Of a stretch of DNA of 15,576 nucleotides, positions 8,214 through 15,576 are shown piece by piece (position 1 is the first letter of the stretch; each line of letters starts with the position of its first letter). The stretch is from Gemmatimonadota bacterium (GTDB lineage: Bacteria; Gemmatimonadota; Gemmatimonadetes; Gemmatimonadales; GWC2-71-9). The translations under genes and the position numbers were made by a program. The DNA lies in contig JBDHAB010000058.1 of NCBI GenBank assembly GCA_039588295.1, positions 1 to 15,576 of the forward strand. The letters run 5' to 3'. A model generated the notes under the pieces. That model was not told where the DNA came from. It did no database searches and was given only the letters and a program-made list of their open reading frames with translations.

Positions 8214-8497
8214 CGGGGCTCGTCGATTGGCTGGAGCCGAGGCTTGCCCAGGTTCCTGGTTCGCTCCGAACTCAGGTGCTCGAAGCGATTGAGCGGCTCG
8301 GCCAACAGGACCGGGACGACGTCGTCCCCTTCCACCATATCCTGCGGCGCGCCGCAGAATCGCTGTTGTGCGACGTCGTCTCGTCTTCGTCCCGCCGCGG
8401 TGCGGCCATAAAGCTTCTCGCGGCGGACGCAATGATGACCTACGGCTGCGAGGCAATGGCTGAGCAGGATCCGGAATCCCTTGCCACGCTGCGGTGA
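8210..8497 (+). CDS. Small helical hypothetical protein (~95 aa), probable CTG start coupled to alaS
   Basis: It exactly fills the gap between alaS (CTGA overlap) and the phosphatase gene (GTGA overlap). Translation LTGLVDWLEPRL...AIKLLAADAMMTYGCEAMAE. The first canonical start is GTG 8276. Confidence 0.7.
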   Translation: MTGLVDWLEPRLAQVPGSLRTQVLEAIERLGQQDRDDVVPFHHILRRAAESLLCDVVSSSSRRGAAIKLLAADAMMTYGCEAMAEQDPESLATLR

Positions 8498-9249
8498 TCG
8501 ATCTCCACTCGCATCTCCTTCCCAACACGGACGATGGCTCTCGTTCCGTGGAGCAGTCGGTTGCGGTGTTGCAGGTCTTCGCGGCAGACGGGGTGGAGGG
8601 GGTCGCCCTCACACCCCACATTGACGTGGTCGAGATTGAAGATCACGGGGAAGACGCGGTCGAGCATCGCGACGAGACCTTTGCGATACTCAAGGAACGT
8701 GCGCCAGCACGTCCGGAGCTCTACTTGGGATTCGAGATCATGCTGAACCGGCCGATCTCGGACTCCACCTTTCGGGATGGTCGGTTCGCGCTGGCCGGCT
8801 CCAGGTATCATCTGGTGGAGTTCCCGCTCTCGGTCGCACCGGCGGCGGCGACTGCAGCGCTGGAGCAGGTGGTTGCGCACGGCGTAGTCCCCGTGGTTGC
8901 CCACCCCGAACGGTACCGTCACTGCGGCATGGAGGCGGTAGCTGCGTGGCGTAAGCTCGGGGCCAAGGTGCAGCTCGATGCTGTGACACTCACCCGTCGT
9001 CATCCGTGGGGCCGGCGCGCTCGGGAGTTGCTCGCGTCGGGCCTCGCCGACATTCTCGCGGCAGACAACCACGGTGATGCGAAATCGATTGTCGTTGCCG
9101 TGCGATATCTGATCGACCGTGGCTGCGAGCATGCAGCGCGATTGCTCGCCGTCGAGAACCCGAGGGCGGTGGTGGATGGCGGTGAGATGGTTGAGGTGCC
9201 ACCGGTAAGGCTGGCGGACGGATGGGCCCGCCACTTTGGAGAGCGCTGA
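8494..9249 (+). CDS. CpsB/CapC (YwqE-like) PHP-family metal-dependent protein-tyrosine phosphatase
   Basis: Motifs MIDLHSHLLP..DDG, ALTPH, LVEFP, AHPERY and ADNH. Confidence 0.93.
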   Translation: MIDLHSHLLPNTDDGSRSVEQSVAVLQVFAADGVEGVALTPHIDVVEIEDHGEDAVEHRDETFAILKERAPARPELYLGFEIMLNRPISDSTFRDGRFALAGSRYHLVEFPLSVAPAAATAALEQVVAHGVVPVVAHPERYRHCGMEAVAAWRKLGAKVQLDAVTLTRRHPWGRRARELLASGLADILAADNHGDAKSIVVAVRYLIDRGCEHAARLLAVENPRAVVDGGEMVEVPPVRLADGWARHFGER

Positions 9250-9264
9250 AGTGGGTGCAGGAGG

Positions 9265-9346
9265 GTGAAATGTGAAAAGTGAAATGTGAAGAGTGAAATC
9301 GGAGGGCTTGGCGAACCGTTTCACCTTTCGCTCTTTACCTTTCACT
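9265..9346. repeat. Inverted array of degenerate heptamers able to form a long hairpin
   Basis: GTGAAAT GTGAAAA GTGAAAT GTGAAGA GTGAAAT (9265-9299), a 19-nt spacer, then TTTCACC TTTCGCT CTTTACC TTTCACT (9319-9346). Confidence 0.9.
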
Positions 9347-9383
9347 ACTACCTGTCAGGGTCATGATCGAAGGAGCATTCCGG

Positions 9384-10154
9384 GTGTCCCTCATTGATCT
9401 CTCCGGCAAGGTCGCACTCGTGACCGGCGGTTCCCGTGGAATCGGCGCTGCCACGGCCGTTATGCTGGCACAGGCGGGCGCCGACGTCGCGATCACGTAC
9501 CACTCTCGGGCGGACGATGCCGAGAGGACGGGCACGTCCATTGCGGCGGAAGGGCGCCGGTGGGCGAAGATTCAGGCAGACTTCGTGCACAGGGAGGACG
9601 GCGAGCGCGCGGTTCGCGAGGCCGCCGCCACGTTCGGACGTCTGGACATCTTTGTAGCAAATGCTGCGATTTGGCCGCCGGAAGACGTTGCGGTCTCGGA
9701 GATGGGAGACGAGCGATGGCGCCGCACGTTGACAGTGAACTTGGACTCGGTGTTCCACGGCACGCGGGCGGCACTCAAGGTCATGAAACCCGGCGGCCGT
9801 ATCGTGGTTATCTCGAGCACGGCAGGTCAGCGGGGCGAGTCGTACCACGCGGACTACGCCGCCACCAAGGGAGCGATCATCTCGTTCGTAAAATCAGTCT
9901 CGGTTGAAGCTGCTCAAGAAGGGATTCTCGTAAATTGTGTTGCGCCGGGTTGGGTGAACACGGAGATGTCACGAACGCCGTACCAGCGTGATGGGGGAAA
10001 AGGGAAAGCTGAGATCGAGCGGACCATTCCACTTGGTCGGGTGGCGACGCCGGAGGAGATCGCGGGGCCGATTGTGTTTCTGTGCTCTGAGCTGGCAGGT
10101 AGCGTGTGTGGGGAGGTACTGAACGTGAACGGGGGGAGTGTGTTGTGCGGGTGA
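9384..10154 (+). CDS. Classical short-chain dehydrogenase/reductase (FabG-like)
   Basis: Motifs TGGSRGIG, LDIFVANAA, SS, YAATK, VNCVAPGWV.T and GEVLNVNGG. GTG 9384 lies 8 nt after AGGAG; ATG 9363 is an alternative. Confidence 0.95.
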   Translation: MSLIDLSGKVALVTGGSRGIGAATAVMLAQAGADVAITYHSRADDAERTGTSIAAEGRRWAKIQADFVHREDGERAVREAAATFGRLDIFVANAAIWPPEDVAVSEMGDERWRRTLTVNLDSVFHGTRAALKVMKPGGRIVVISSTAGQRGESYHADYAATKGAIISFVKSVSVEAAQEGILVNCVAPGWVNTEMSRTPYQRDGGKGKAEIERTIPLGRVATPEEIAGPIVFLCSELAGSVCGEVLNVNGGSVLCG

Positions 10155-10771
10155 GGGGGGCTGGCTTTCCTCGTTCCCGTCGTGGACGTTTGCGATCCGT
10201 TCTCCGTGTCTTTCGTCACCTTCCGGATCGCCTGCTTCATCCATGGAGGAGGCGGCAAGCGCTTGACCGGCTCAAGCGAGTTGGCATGCCCCGCAGCGTC
10301 CTGTTCCTGTGCCACGGCAACATCTGCCGCAGCCCGTTCGCCGAGGCGGTGTTCCGGAAGTCATTGCCGGAGAGTGCGCGCGGATTCGCATCGGTGAGCT
10401 CGGCGGGTTTCTTCGGCCGCGGTCGCCCAAGTCCCGACGGCGCCGTTCGCGTAGCAAGCCACCATGATGCGGACCTCTCTTCGCACCGCTCGCGCAGCGT
10501 GACCGGCTCACTCCTTCGGGATGCAGACATCGTTGTTGTGATGGATACACGGCAGCGCGCAGCGGCGCGGCGGCTTGCACAAGGTGACGTGCGAACGATC
10601 CTGCTGCTCGGCGACGTGGATCCCGAGTCGATCGATACCCGCACGGTGCGGGATCCGGTGGAACAGCCGGACGATGTTTTTGCGCAGAGCTACGCGAGGA
10701 TCGTCCGCTGCGTTGAGGCGATGGCGAGCGTGTTGGTGGAACGTGGGGAGGTGACGGAGATCGTCGAGTGA
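10151..10771 (+). CDS. Low-molecular-weight protein-tyrosine phosphatase (Wzb/EpsP-like) with a basic N-terminal extension
   Basis: P-loop VLFLCHGNICRSP, plus SAG, ADIVVVMD and the catalytic DP. GTG 10151 overlaps the SDR stop (GTGA). The start is uncertain. Confidence 0.92.
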   Translation: MRGAGFPRSRRGRLRSVLRVFRHLPDRLLHPWRRRQALDRLKRVGMPRSVLFLCHGNICRSPFAEAVFRKSLPESARGFASVSSAGFFGRGRPSPDGAVRVASHHDADLSSHRSRSVTGSLLRDADIVVVMDTRQRAAARRLAQGDVRTILLLGDVDPESIDTRTVRDPVEQPDDVFAQSYARIVRCVEAMASVLVERGEVTEIVE

Positions 10772-10831
10772 ACGGGAGTCAAGAGTCGCAACGGCGGCGG
10801 GTATGGTGCTGTTGGGATGCGGAGATGACGA

Positions 10832-12049
10832 CTATCGTGGCGCGCCCCGATTCCGCGCCACTACGCGCCCCATCGCTACTCCCAGGACAAGGCCCGTGGC
10901 AGCCAACAGCCACTCCTGCAGCGAAGTGGTAGTGAGCACGGTGACAACTGGGACCAGTGCTAGGCCGACGACGGCCATCCCTATTGCGGCAACCGACAAT
11001 CCGTCGCGTCGAATCCAGAGCCCGATCGGGAAGAGAAGGCCGGCGATCCAGCCGCCGTCGAGCATCGCCTGCAGCCACACGGGCATCGACTCCGCGTAGA
11101 AGAGCAAGGTCCACCCATCCCCCACGCCGTATCCGCTCTGGTGCCAGGTGGACCTCTCCAAGGCGACGGGCGAGCCATTCCTGACGATTGAAGCCCGGAG
11201 GGTCAGCGTATCCCCCGCTACCGTTCCCCTTAGGGCGTTGCGCCATCGCAGATCGCGTTGATCAAGGCGCCAGTCCGCTGCTCGTGCGCGATACCTGAAC
11301 ACGAGGTCCTCGCCATCGGGACCCACCAGCACGATCTCGTCTTCGTACTCGTCATTGATGCTGAAGATGGAGCTCACGCGCGACGTGGCCGGTCCTGCGA
11401 TGAACTGAACCATGATGGCCTCGCCGCCGAGCAGATGGTGCCGGAGTCCTTCCGAGTCTTCGACTGGCCCCGTTTGTATCTCGTTTCCTCCGACCATTGC
11501 AGTCAGCACGCGGCCCCGATACCACTCGATGTGGCCCATATTCGGGGTCCAGCCACCATAGTAGACCGTCTGGGGGAACGACGGGGCGAGCAGGTATCCC
11601 GTGAGCCACCACGTGCCACACGCTGCGGCAGAGGCCCCAAATGCCAGCCGGCGCGCCAGTCGGACATTGGGACGTAGCAAGCCGGACGCGGCGGATGCCA
11701 CCACGCCCCCGAGTCCGGTTCCGATCGTGTTGGCGATCACGTCGCCGATGCTTGCGTCCCGTCCCGGGAGGAGTACCTGCACCGTCTCGATTGTGGCAGA
11801 AAGCAGCGCCCCACCAAGCAGAATGTGTGTCGGCCTGACACCGGTGAGGGCGAGTCCGATCCCGACCGGGAGATAGAGAATCACGTTCACCAGAACATCT
11901 GCCAGGAAGCGCTCGCCGCAGAACACGCACGCGAAGGCGGGTTCCGAGGTTTGCGCATCTACGGGCACGAGCGTGGCAAATACTACCGCGAGTACTCCGC
12001 CTCCGAGTACCGCCCGCCCCCAGGTGTGGCCCGTCATCTCTGTCGACAC
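10832..12049 (-). CDS. Membrane protein: N-terminal VanZ domain, LamG-like extracytoplasmic domain, C-terminal TM helices
   Basis: DVLVNVILYLPVG and LSATIETVQVLLPGRDASIGDVIANTIG are VanZ-like. A soluble beta-rich middle is followed by about three or four hydrophobic C-terminal segments. Start GTG 12049 or ATG 12037. Confidence 0.87.
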   Translation of the reverse strand: MSTEMTGHTWGRAVLGGGVLAVVFATLVPVDAQTSEPAFACVFCGERFLADVLVNVILYLPVGIGLALTGVRPTHILLGGALLSATIETVQVLLPGRDASIGDVIANTIGTGLGGVVASAASGLLRPNVRLARRLAFGASAAACGTWWLTGYLLAPSFPQTVYYGGWTPNMGHIEWYRGRVLTAMVGGNEIQTGPVEDSEGLRHHLLGGEAIMVQFIAGPATSRVSSIFSINDEYEDEIVLVGPDGEDLVFRYRARAADWRLDQRDLRWRNALRGTVAGDTLTLRASIVRNGSPVALERSTWHQSGYGVGDGWTLLFYAESMPVWLQAMLDGGWIAGLLFPIGLWIRRDGLSVAAIGMAVVGLALVPVVTVLTTTSLQEWLLAATGLVLGVAMGRVVARNRGAPR

Positions 12050-12297
12050 TTGTCGGTCGCACGCAACACGAGCGCTCGACTGTAGAACGCCCGCAACACG
12101 GCGATCATGTTGGAAGCGTGTAGGTGTTGACTCCGTAAGGAGTTCAGCAGGAATGGCACAGGTGAGTGATCACGAATGTCCGGGGCGCTAACTTTGCGAG
12201 GAGTAGGTGGCTATCTTGTGCCGGCGGCGTACCTGTCGCCGCTGCGTGTCGGACGAGAAGATAACGTCGTGGGGATACCACGGCGAAAGGAGGCCTG

Positions 12298-15270
12298 CTG
12301 CGCACCCTGCTGAGGTTATGCATTCTGGGATCGACCCTTGCCGCCGCGCCTGCGGCGAGCGCACAAAGCATCACCGCCGGCAAGGTCTCCGGCTCAGTCA
12401 TCGGTGAGAACGGTGCAGCGATCGCCGATGTGATCGTCTGGCTGGTCGATCGCACGACTGGTGTGGAACGGTACACGGAGTCGTCCAGTGAGGGCTTCTT
12501 CACATTTTCACTCTTACATCCGGGGACGTACGACATCCGTGCGGAACAGCTCGGCTATCTCCCCAAGAACATACAGGATGTCCGGATCGGTGCGGGAGCA
12601 GAGGTCACCCTCACCATCGTTCTGGAATCCGCTGAGCCGCCGGTCACGGTCATCGACACTGTTGCTTTTGGAGGCGCGCCGCCAGACGCTGCCCCCGGCG
12701 GGGCACATGCCTTTCCGTATGCGACGGCCGAGCGGCTCCCTCTCGTGGACCGGGGAGTAGACGCGCTCACCGCGCTCGACACCCGCAGCCTGGAGACGCT
12801 GGGCGTAGACGGGCTGCCCGATCGACTGAGCGTGCTCGCCGTCGACGGGGCGGTTCATCAGACCGCGCAGCACCCATTCTTGCCCAAGGCGGGCCTCGAG
12901 ACGATTGCGTTTCCGCGCTTGGCCTTCCAGGGAGCATCGGTCCTGTCCTCGCGCACGGATCTCGAGTGGGACGGAGCGGCCGGCAGTCTGCTCAGCACGT
13001 ATTCTCGCCGAGGGTCACGGAAGCTGTCGGTGAGTCTCTTTGCCGACTGGAGGGGCAAACTAGGAGCCGGCTCCGACTACTTCGATCCGAATCTCGAGAG
13101 TCGTTCGTCGTTTCGGGGTGGTGCGGTCGTCGGGGGTCCCATCATCGCCGACACAGCGCATTTCTTGATCGGGGCGGAGGCGCAGCGGCTACAGGTTCCG
13201 AGGGCGTCGGCATGGATATCCACCCCCTTTGACTCTGCGGTGGTCGCGGTGGCCCAGGATTCGTTCGGTGTGGACGTTGGCTCTTATGTCGGTCCGCGGG
13301 TCGTCGAGCGGGAGTTGATCAGCGCCTTTGGACGGTTCGATTGGGATTTCTCTCAACGGCATCGGGCGTCCGCTTGGGTGAGTTTCGCCACCGTGAAGGA
13401 TGACGAGGCGGCCGTAGGACCGGGCGGCATCCTTGGTATCGGTGCGGAGGTTGAGGGAACGGATATCGTGGCAACGGGGACCGTGCTCTCGTCGTTGTCG
13501 GATCGTGTGAGCAACGAGCTGCGACTGGGATTCGAGACTTCCACCCGAGACTACGCCGCGAATCAGATTCCGGGTACGCGTGTTGGCAGCCTCGGGATCG
13601 CGTTCGGGACCGATCCAGCACAGCCAGGCAGCTTCGAGCGTACGGCCGCGACGGCGAGCGACGCATTGCAGGTCCAGCTCGGGGCGGTGCGCATCAAGCT
13701 CGGTATATCGGCTGGGTTCGTGTTGTACGATGAGACTTACGCGTTCGGCCAGGACGGTGTGTTCTGGTTCGGTGATCCGGACGGATTCGCTGCGGGCCGT
13801 GGCGCCTTCCTCGGCGCATCGGGTTCCGTGCCCAGTGCCCGGTTCTCCACGCTCAGTTTGAGCGGCCTGCTTCAGAACACGTGGACGGTTGCTTCCGGGC
13901 TGGATCTGCGGTTCGGGTTGCGGTGGGACGGTGAGTGGTTGCCGTCAGACGAGATCACTGGAAATGACGAGTGGTTGGCCCTCACGGGGATCGCGAACGA
14001 CTCGATAGACGGCTTCCTCTCCAGGTGGAGTCCGCGATTCGGCTTTCGGTGGGCGATCGGGTCCTCGGCAGAGTGGCTCGTGCAGGGGAGTGCCGCCGTC
14101 TACCAGGGGGCGCTCGATCCGACGGTCCTCGCAGAGGTGATTCGCGAAAACGGACGCACTGAAGTCTCGCGCGGCATCGGCGCGGTAGGCTGGCCGGCCG
14201 GTGACGGGTCGGCTGTTGCGCCGGTTGGGATGAGGCTCACCGTCCTGGGTCCGGAGTTTCAAGATCCACGATCCACGAGGCTCAGTTTCGGTATCGGCCG
14301 GCGCCTCGGGCGAGCGGGATTGCTCGAAGTCTCCACGCACTACAGGCACACAGATTTTCTCCCCCGCCGTCACGACGTCAACCGCCTTCCCGGCGGAACC
14401 GCACGCGACCAGTATGGGCGGCCGATCTACGCCGAGCTCGCGAAAGAGGGTGGGATCGTCGCGGGTAGCCCCTCCGCTCCTCACCGGTTCGAGGGCTTCG
14501 AGACGGTCTCGGCGCTCGACGTAGACGGTTACTCCGATTCTTGGGGCATCACGGGTCGGCTCGAGCAGCCGCTCGGCCGGTTTCTGAGACTGCTCGCCAG
14601 TTACACCTATTCTCAGACCACCGACAATTGGCCCGCCAACGGCGGAGGCAGCCCCTACGGCCAACTCTCACCATTCCCGGACAGTCTGAACGGCTCGGAC
14701 TGGGTCGACGGAGTTTCCGATTTCGACGTACCCCACCGTGCGGCGGTTGGTGCCGAGCTCCGGCCCCTCGGACGTGACGGGTTCACACTCGCTGCCCTCT
14801 ACCGCTACCGCGCCGGCATGCCATTCACGCCCGGGTTTCCCGCAGGCGTGGATGTCAATGGAGACGGTTCCTGGAGTAACGATCCGGCCTTCGTCGATGA
14901 CGAGTTCCCGGGGATCGCGGATGTGCTGCTCGATTGGGAATGCCTGAGGATCCAGGCGGGCGAGTTCGCGGAGCGGAACGCGTGCCGTGATCCTGGCCTT
15001 TCCACCCTCGATCTCCGGTTCGGCCTCGGACCGTTTCGGTTTGGCGGATATCCGCTCGAACTGTGGCTGGAGGTGCTCAACGTGACCGATGCTGATCTCG
15101 TGGTGAGAAATCATGCGCTGTTCCTCGTCGATCCTGGCGTCGCGCTGGTAGAGGACGCCGCGGCCGGCACCGTTACCGTTCCGCTCCAACTCAACGAGAA
15201 CTTTGGTCAGCCCGTCGCATACCGCGGTTTTGGACGCGCCATGCGCCTTGGGCTGCGGGTGAACTACTGA
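12298..15270 (+). CDS. TonB-dependent receptor-like outer-membrane protein (Oar type) with an N-terminal carboxypeptidase-regulatory-like domain; probable CTG start
   Basis: Signal peptide RTLLRLCILGSTLAAAPAASA-Q. VSGSV...G.AIADV and GFFTFSLLHPGTYDIRAEQLGY mark the N-domain. Barrel motifs GGPIIADTAHF, QNTW......LRFGLRWD, SPRFGFRW, ASYTYS, SDFDVPHR, DVNGDG..ND and terminal LGLRVNY. The ORF track starts at 12430 and misses the signal peptide. Confidence 0.9.
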   Translation: MRTLLRLCILGSTLAAAPAASAQSITAGKVSGSVIGENGAAIADVIVWLVDRTTGVERYTESSSEGFFTFSLLHPGTYDIRAEQLGYLPKNIQDVRIGAGAEVTLTIVLESAEPPVTVIDTVAFGGAPPDAAPGGAHAFPYATAERLPLVDRGVDALTALDTRSLETLGVDGLPDRLSVLAVDGAVHQTAQHPFLPKAGLETIAFPRLAFQGASVLSSRTDLEWDGAAGSLLSTYSRRGSRKLSVSLFADWRGKLGAGSDYFDPNLESRSSFRGGAVVGGPIIADTAHFLIGAEAQRLQVPRASAWISTPFDSAVVAVAQDSFGVDVGSYVGPRVVERELISAFGRFDWDFSQRHRASAWVSFATVKDDEAAVGPGGILGIGAEVEGTDIVATGTVLSSLSDRVSNELRLGFETSTRDYAANQIPGTRVGSLGIAFGTDPAQPGSFERTAATASDALQVQLGAVRIKLGISAGFVLYDETYAFGQDGVFWFGDPDGFAAGRGAFLGASGSVPSARFSTLSLSGLLQNTWTVASGLDLRFGLRWDGEWLPSDEITGNDEWLALTGIANDSIDGFLSRWSPRFGFRWAIGSSAEWLVQGSAAVYQGALDPTVLAEVIRENGRTEVSRGIGAVGWPAGDGSAVAPVGMRLTVLGPEFQDPRSTRLSFGIGRRLGRAGLLEVSTHYRHTDFLPRRHDVNRLPGGTARDQYGRPIYAELAKEGGIVAGSPSAPHRFEGFETVSALDVDGYSDSWGITGRLEQPLGRFLRLLASYTYSQTTDNWPANGGGSPYGQLSPFPDSLNGSDWVDGVSDFDVPHRAAVGAELRPLGRDGFTLAALYRYRAGMPFTPGFPAGVDVNGDGSWSNDPAFVDDEFPGIADVLLDWECLRIQAGEFAERNACRDPGLSTLDLRFGLGPFRFGGYPLELWLEVLNVTDADLVVRNHALFLVDPGVALVEDAAAGTVTVPLQLNENFGQPVAYRGFGRAMRLGLRVNY

Positions 15271-15576
15271 TGTTCTGCAACCGCTCAGCCGGCATCGCCG
15301 GCCTGCTCGTGGTCATCGGGGTCTCTGGGTGCGGGAACGCGGGGGAGGATCGGGTTCTGTCGATCGCTAGCGAGGGCTCCGTGGAGGGCGTGGTCTACTT
15401 CGACGCCAACGGATCGCGCACCCTGGATGCGGCCGACGTCGGTCTCGCCGGGGTAGGGATCCGCCTGCTACCGGCGAGCACCACGGACACGATCGCACGG
15501 GCTACGTCGGATGCCCAGGGGGGCTACACGATGTCCTCTGTTCCCGTCGGTCGGTACGAGCTCGTGGTGGCCCCCG
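15270..15576 (+). CDS. Lipoprotein with an SdrD B-like/prealbumin-fold domain, 3'-truncated by the window
   Basis: TGATG overlap with the receptor stop. MFCNRSAGIAGLLVVIGVSG-C is a lipobox, followed by SVEGVVYFDANGSRTLDAADVGLAGVGIRL...TSDAQGGY....VPVGRYEL. The frame stays open to the window end and is absent from the ORF track. Confidence 0.85.
   Translation, partial: MFCNRSAGIAGLLVVIGVSGCGNAGEDRVLSIASEGSVEGVVYFDANGSRTLDAADVGLAGVGIRLLPASTTDTIARATSDAQGGYTMSSVPVGRYELVVAP

Noticed and set aside
8440..9345. 301-aa minus-strand ORF
   Set aside because: Antisense to the PHP phosphatase, and its N-terminus is merely the translated heptamer array.
12127..12148. GACTCC-GTAA-GGAGTT hairpin with a GNRA loop, as part of a riboswitch ahead of the receptor
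   Set aside because: No cobalamin, TPP or other riboswitch consensus is recognisable around it, and a single hairpin is not enough.

Overview
High-GC bacterial chromosomal window; the gene content and style suggest Gemmatimonadota, which is inference only. Order: the 3' part of an Ig-like/YVTN beta-propeller surface protein, a ~770-bp decayed spacer with a DinB-family gene relic, yraN, a (GGGAGAA)n tract, recA, recX, an interposed LamG-like/VanZ membrane-protein gene, alaS, a small hypothetical gene, a CpsB/CapC PHP tyrosine phosphatase, an inverted heptamer repeat, an SDR oxidoreductase, a low-molecular-weight tyrosine phosphatase, a convergent VanZ/LamG-like gene, an Oar-like TonB-dependent receptor and the start of an SdrD-B-like lipoprotein. 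I found no rRNA, tRNA, CRISPR array or intact mobile element, and I cannot claim a clear new system. The best leads are: 7-bp purine repeats found between genes and apparently in frame inside genes, including a G-quadruplex-compatible tract next to a candidate TTCG-N7-TTCG operator before recA; two genes that appear to need CTG starts; two VanZ fusions with opposite domain order; and a probably leaderless alaS.
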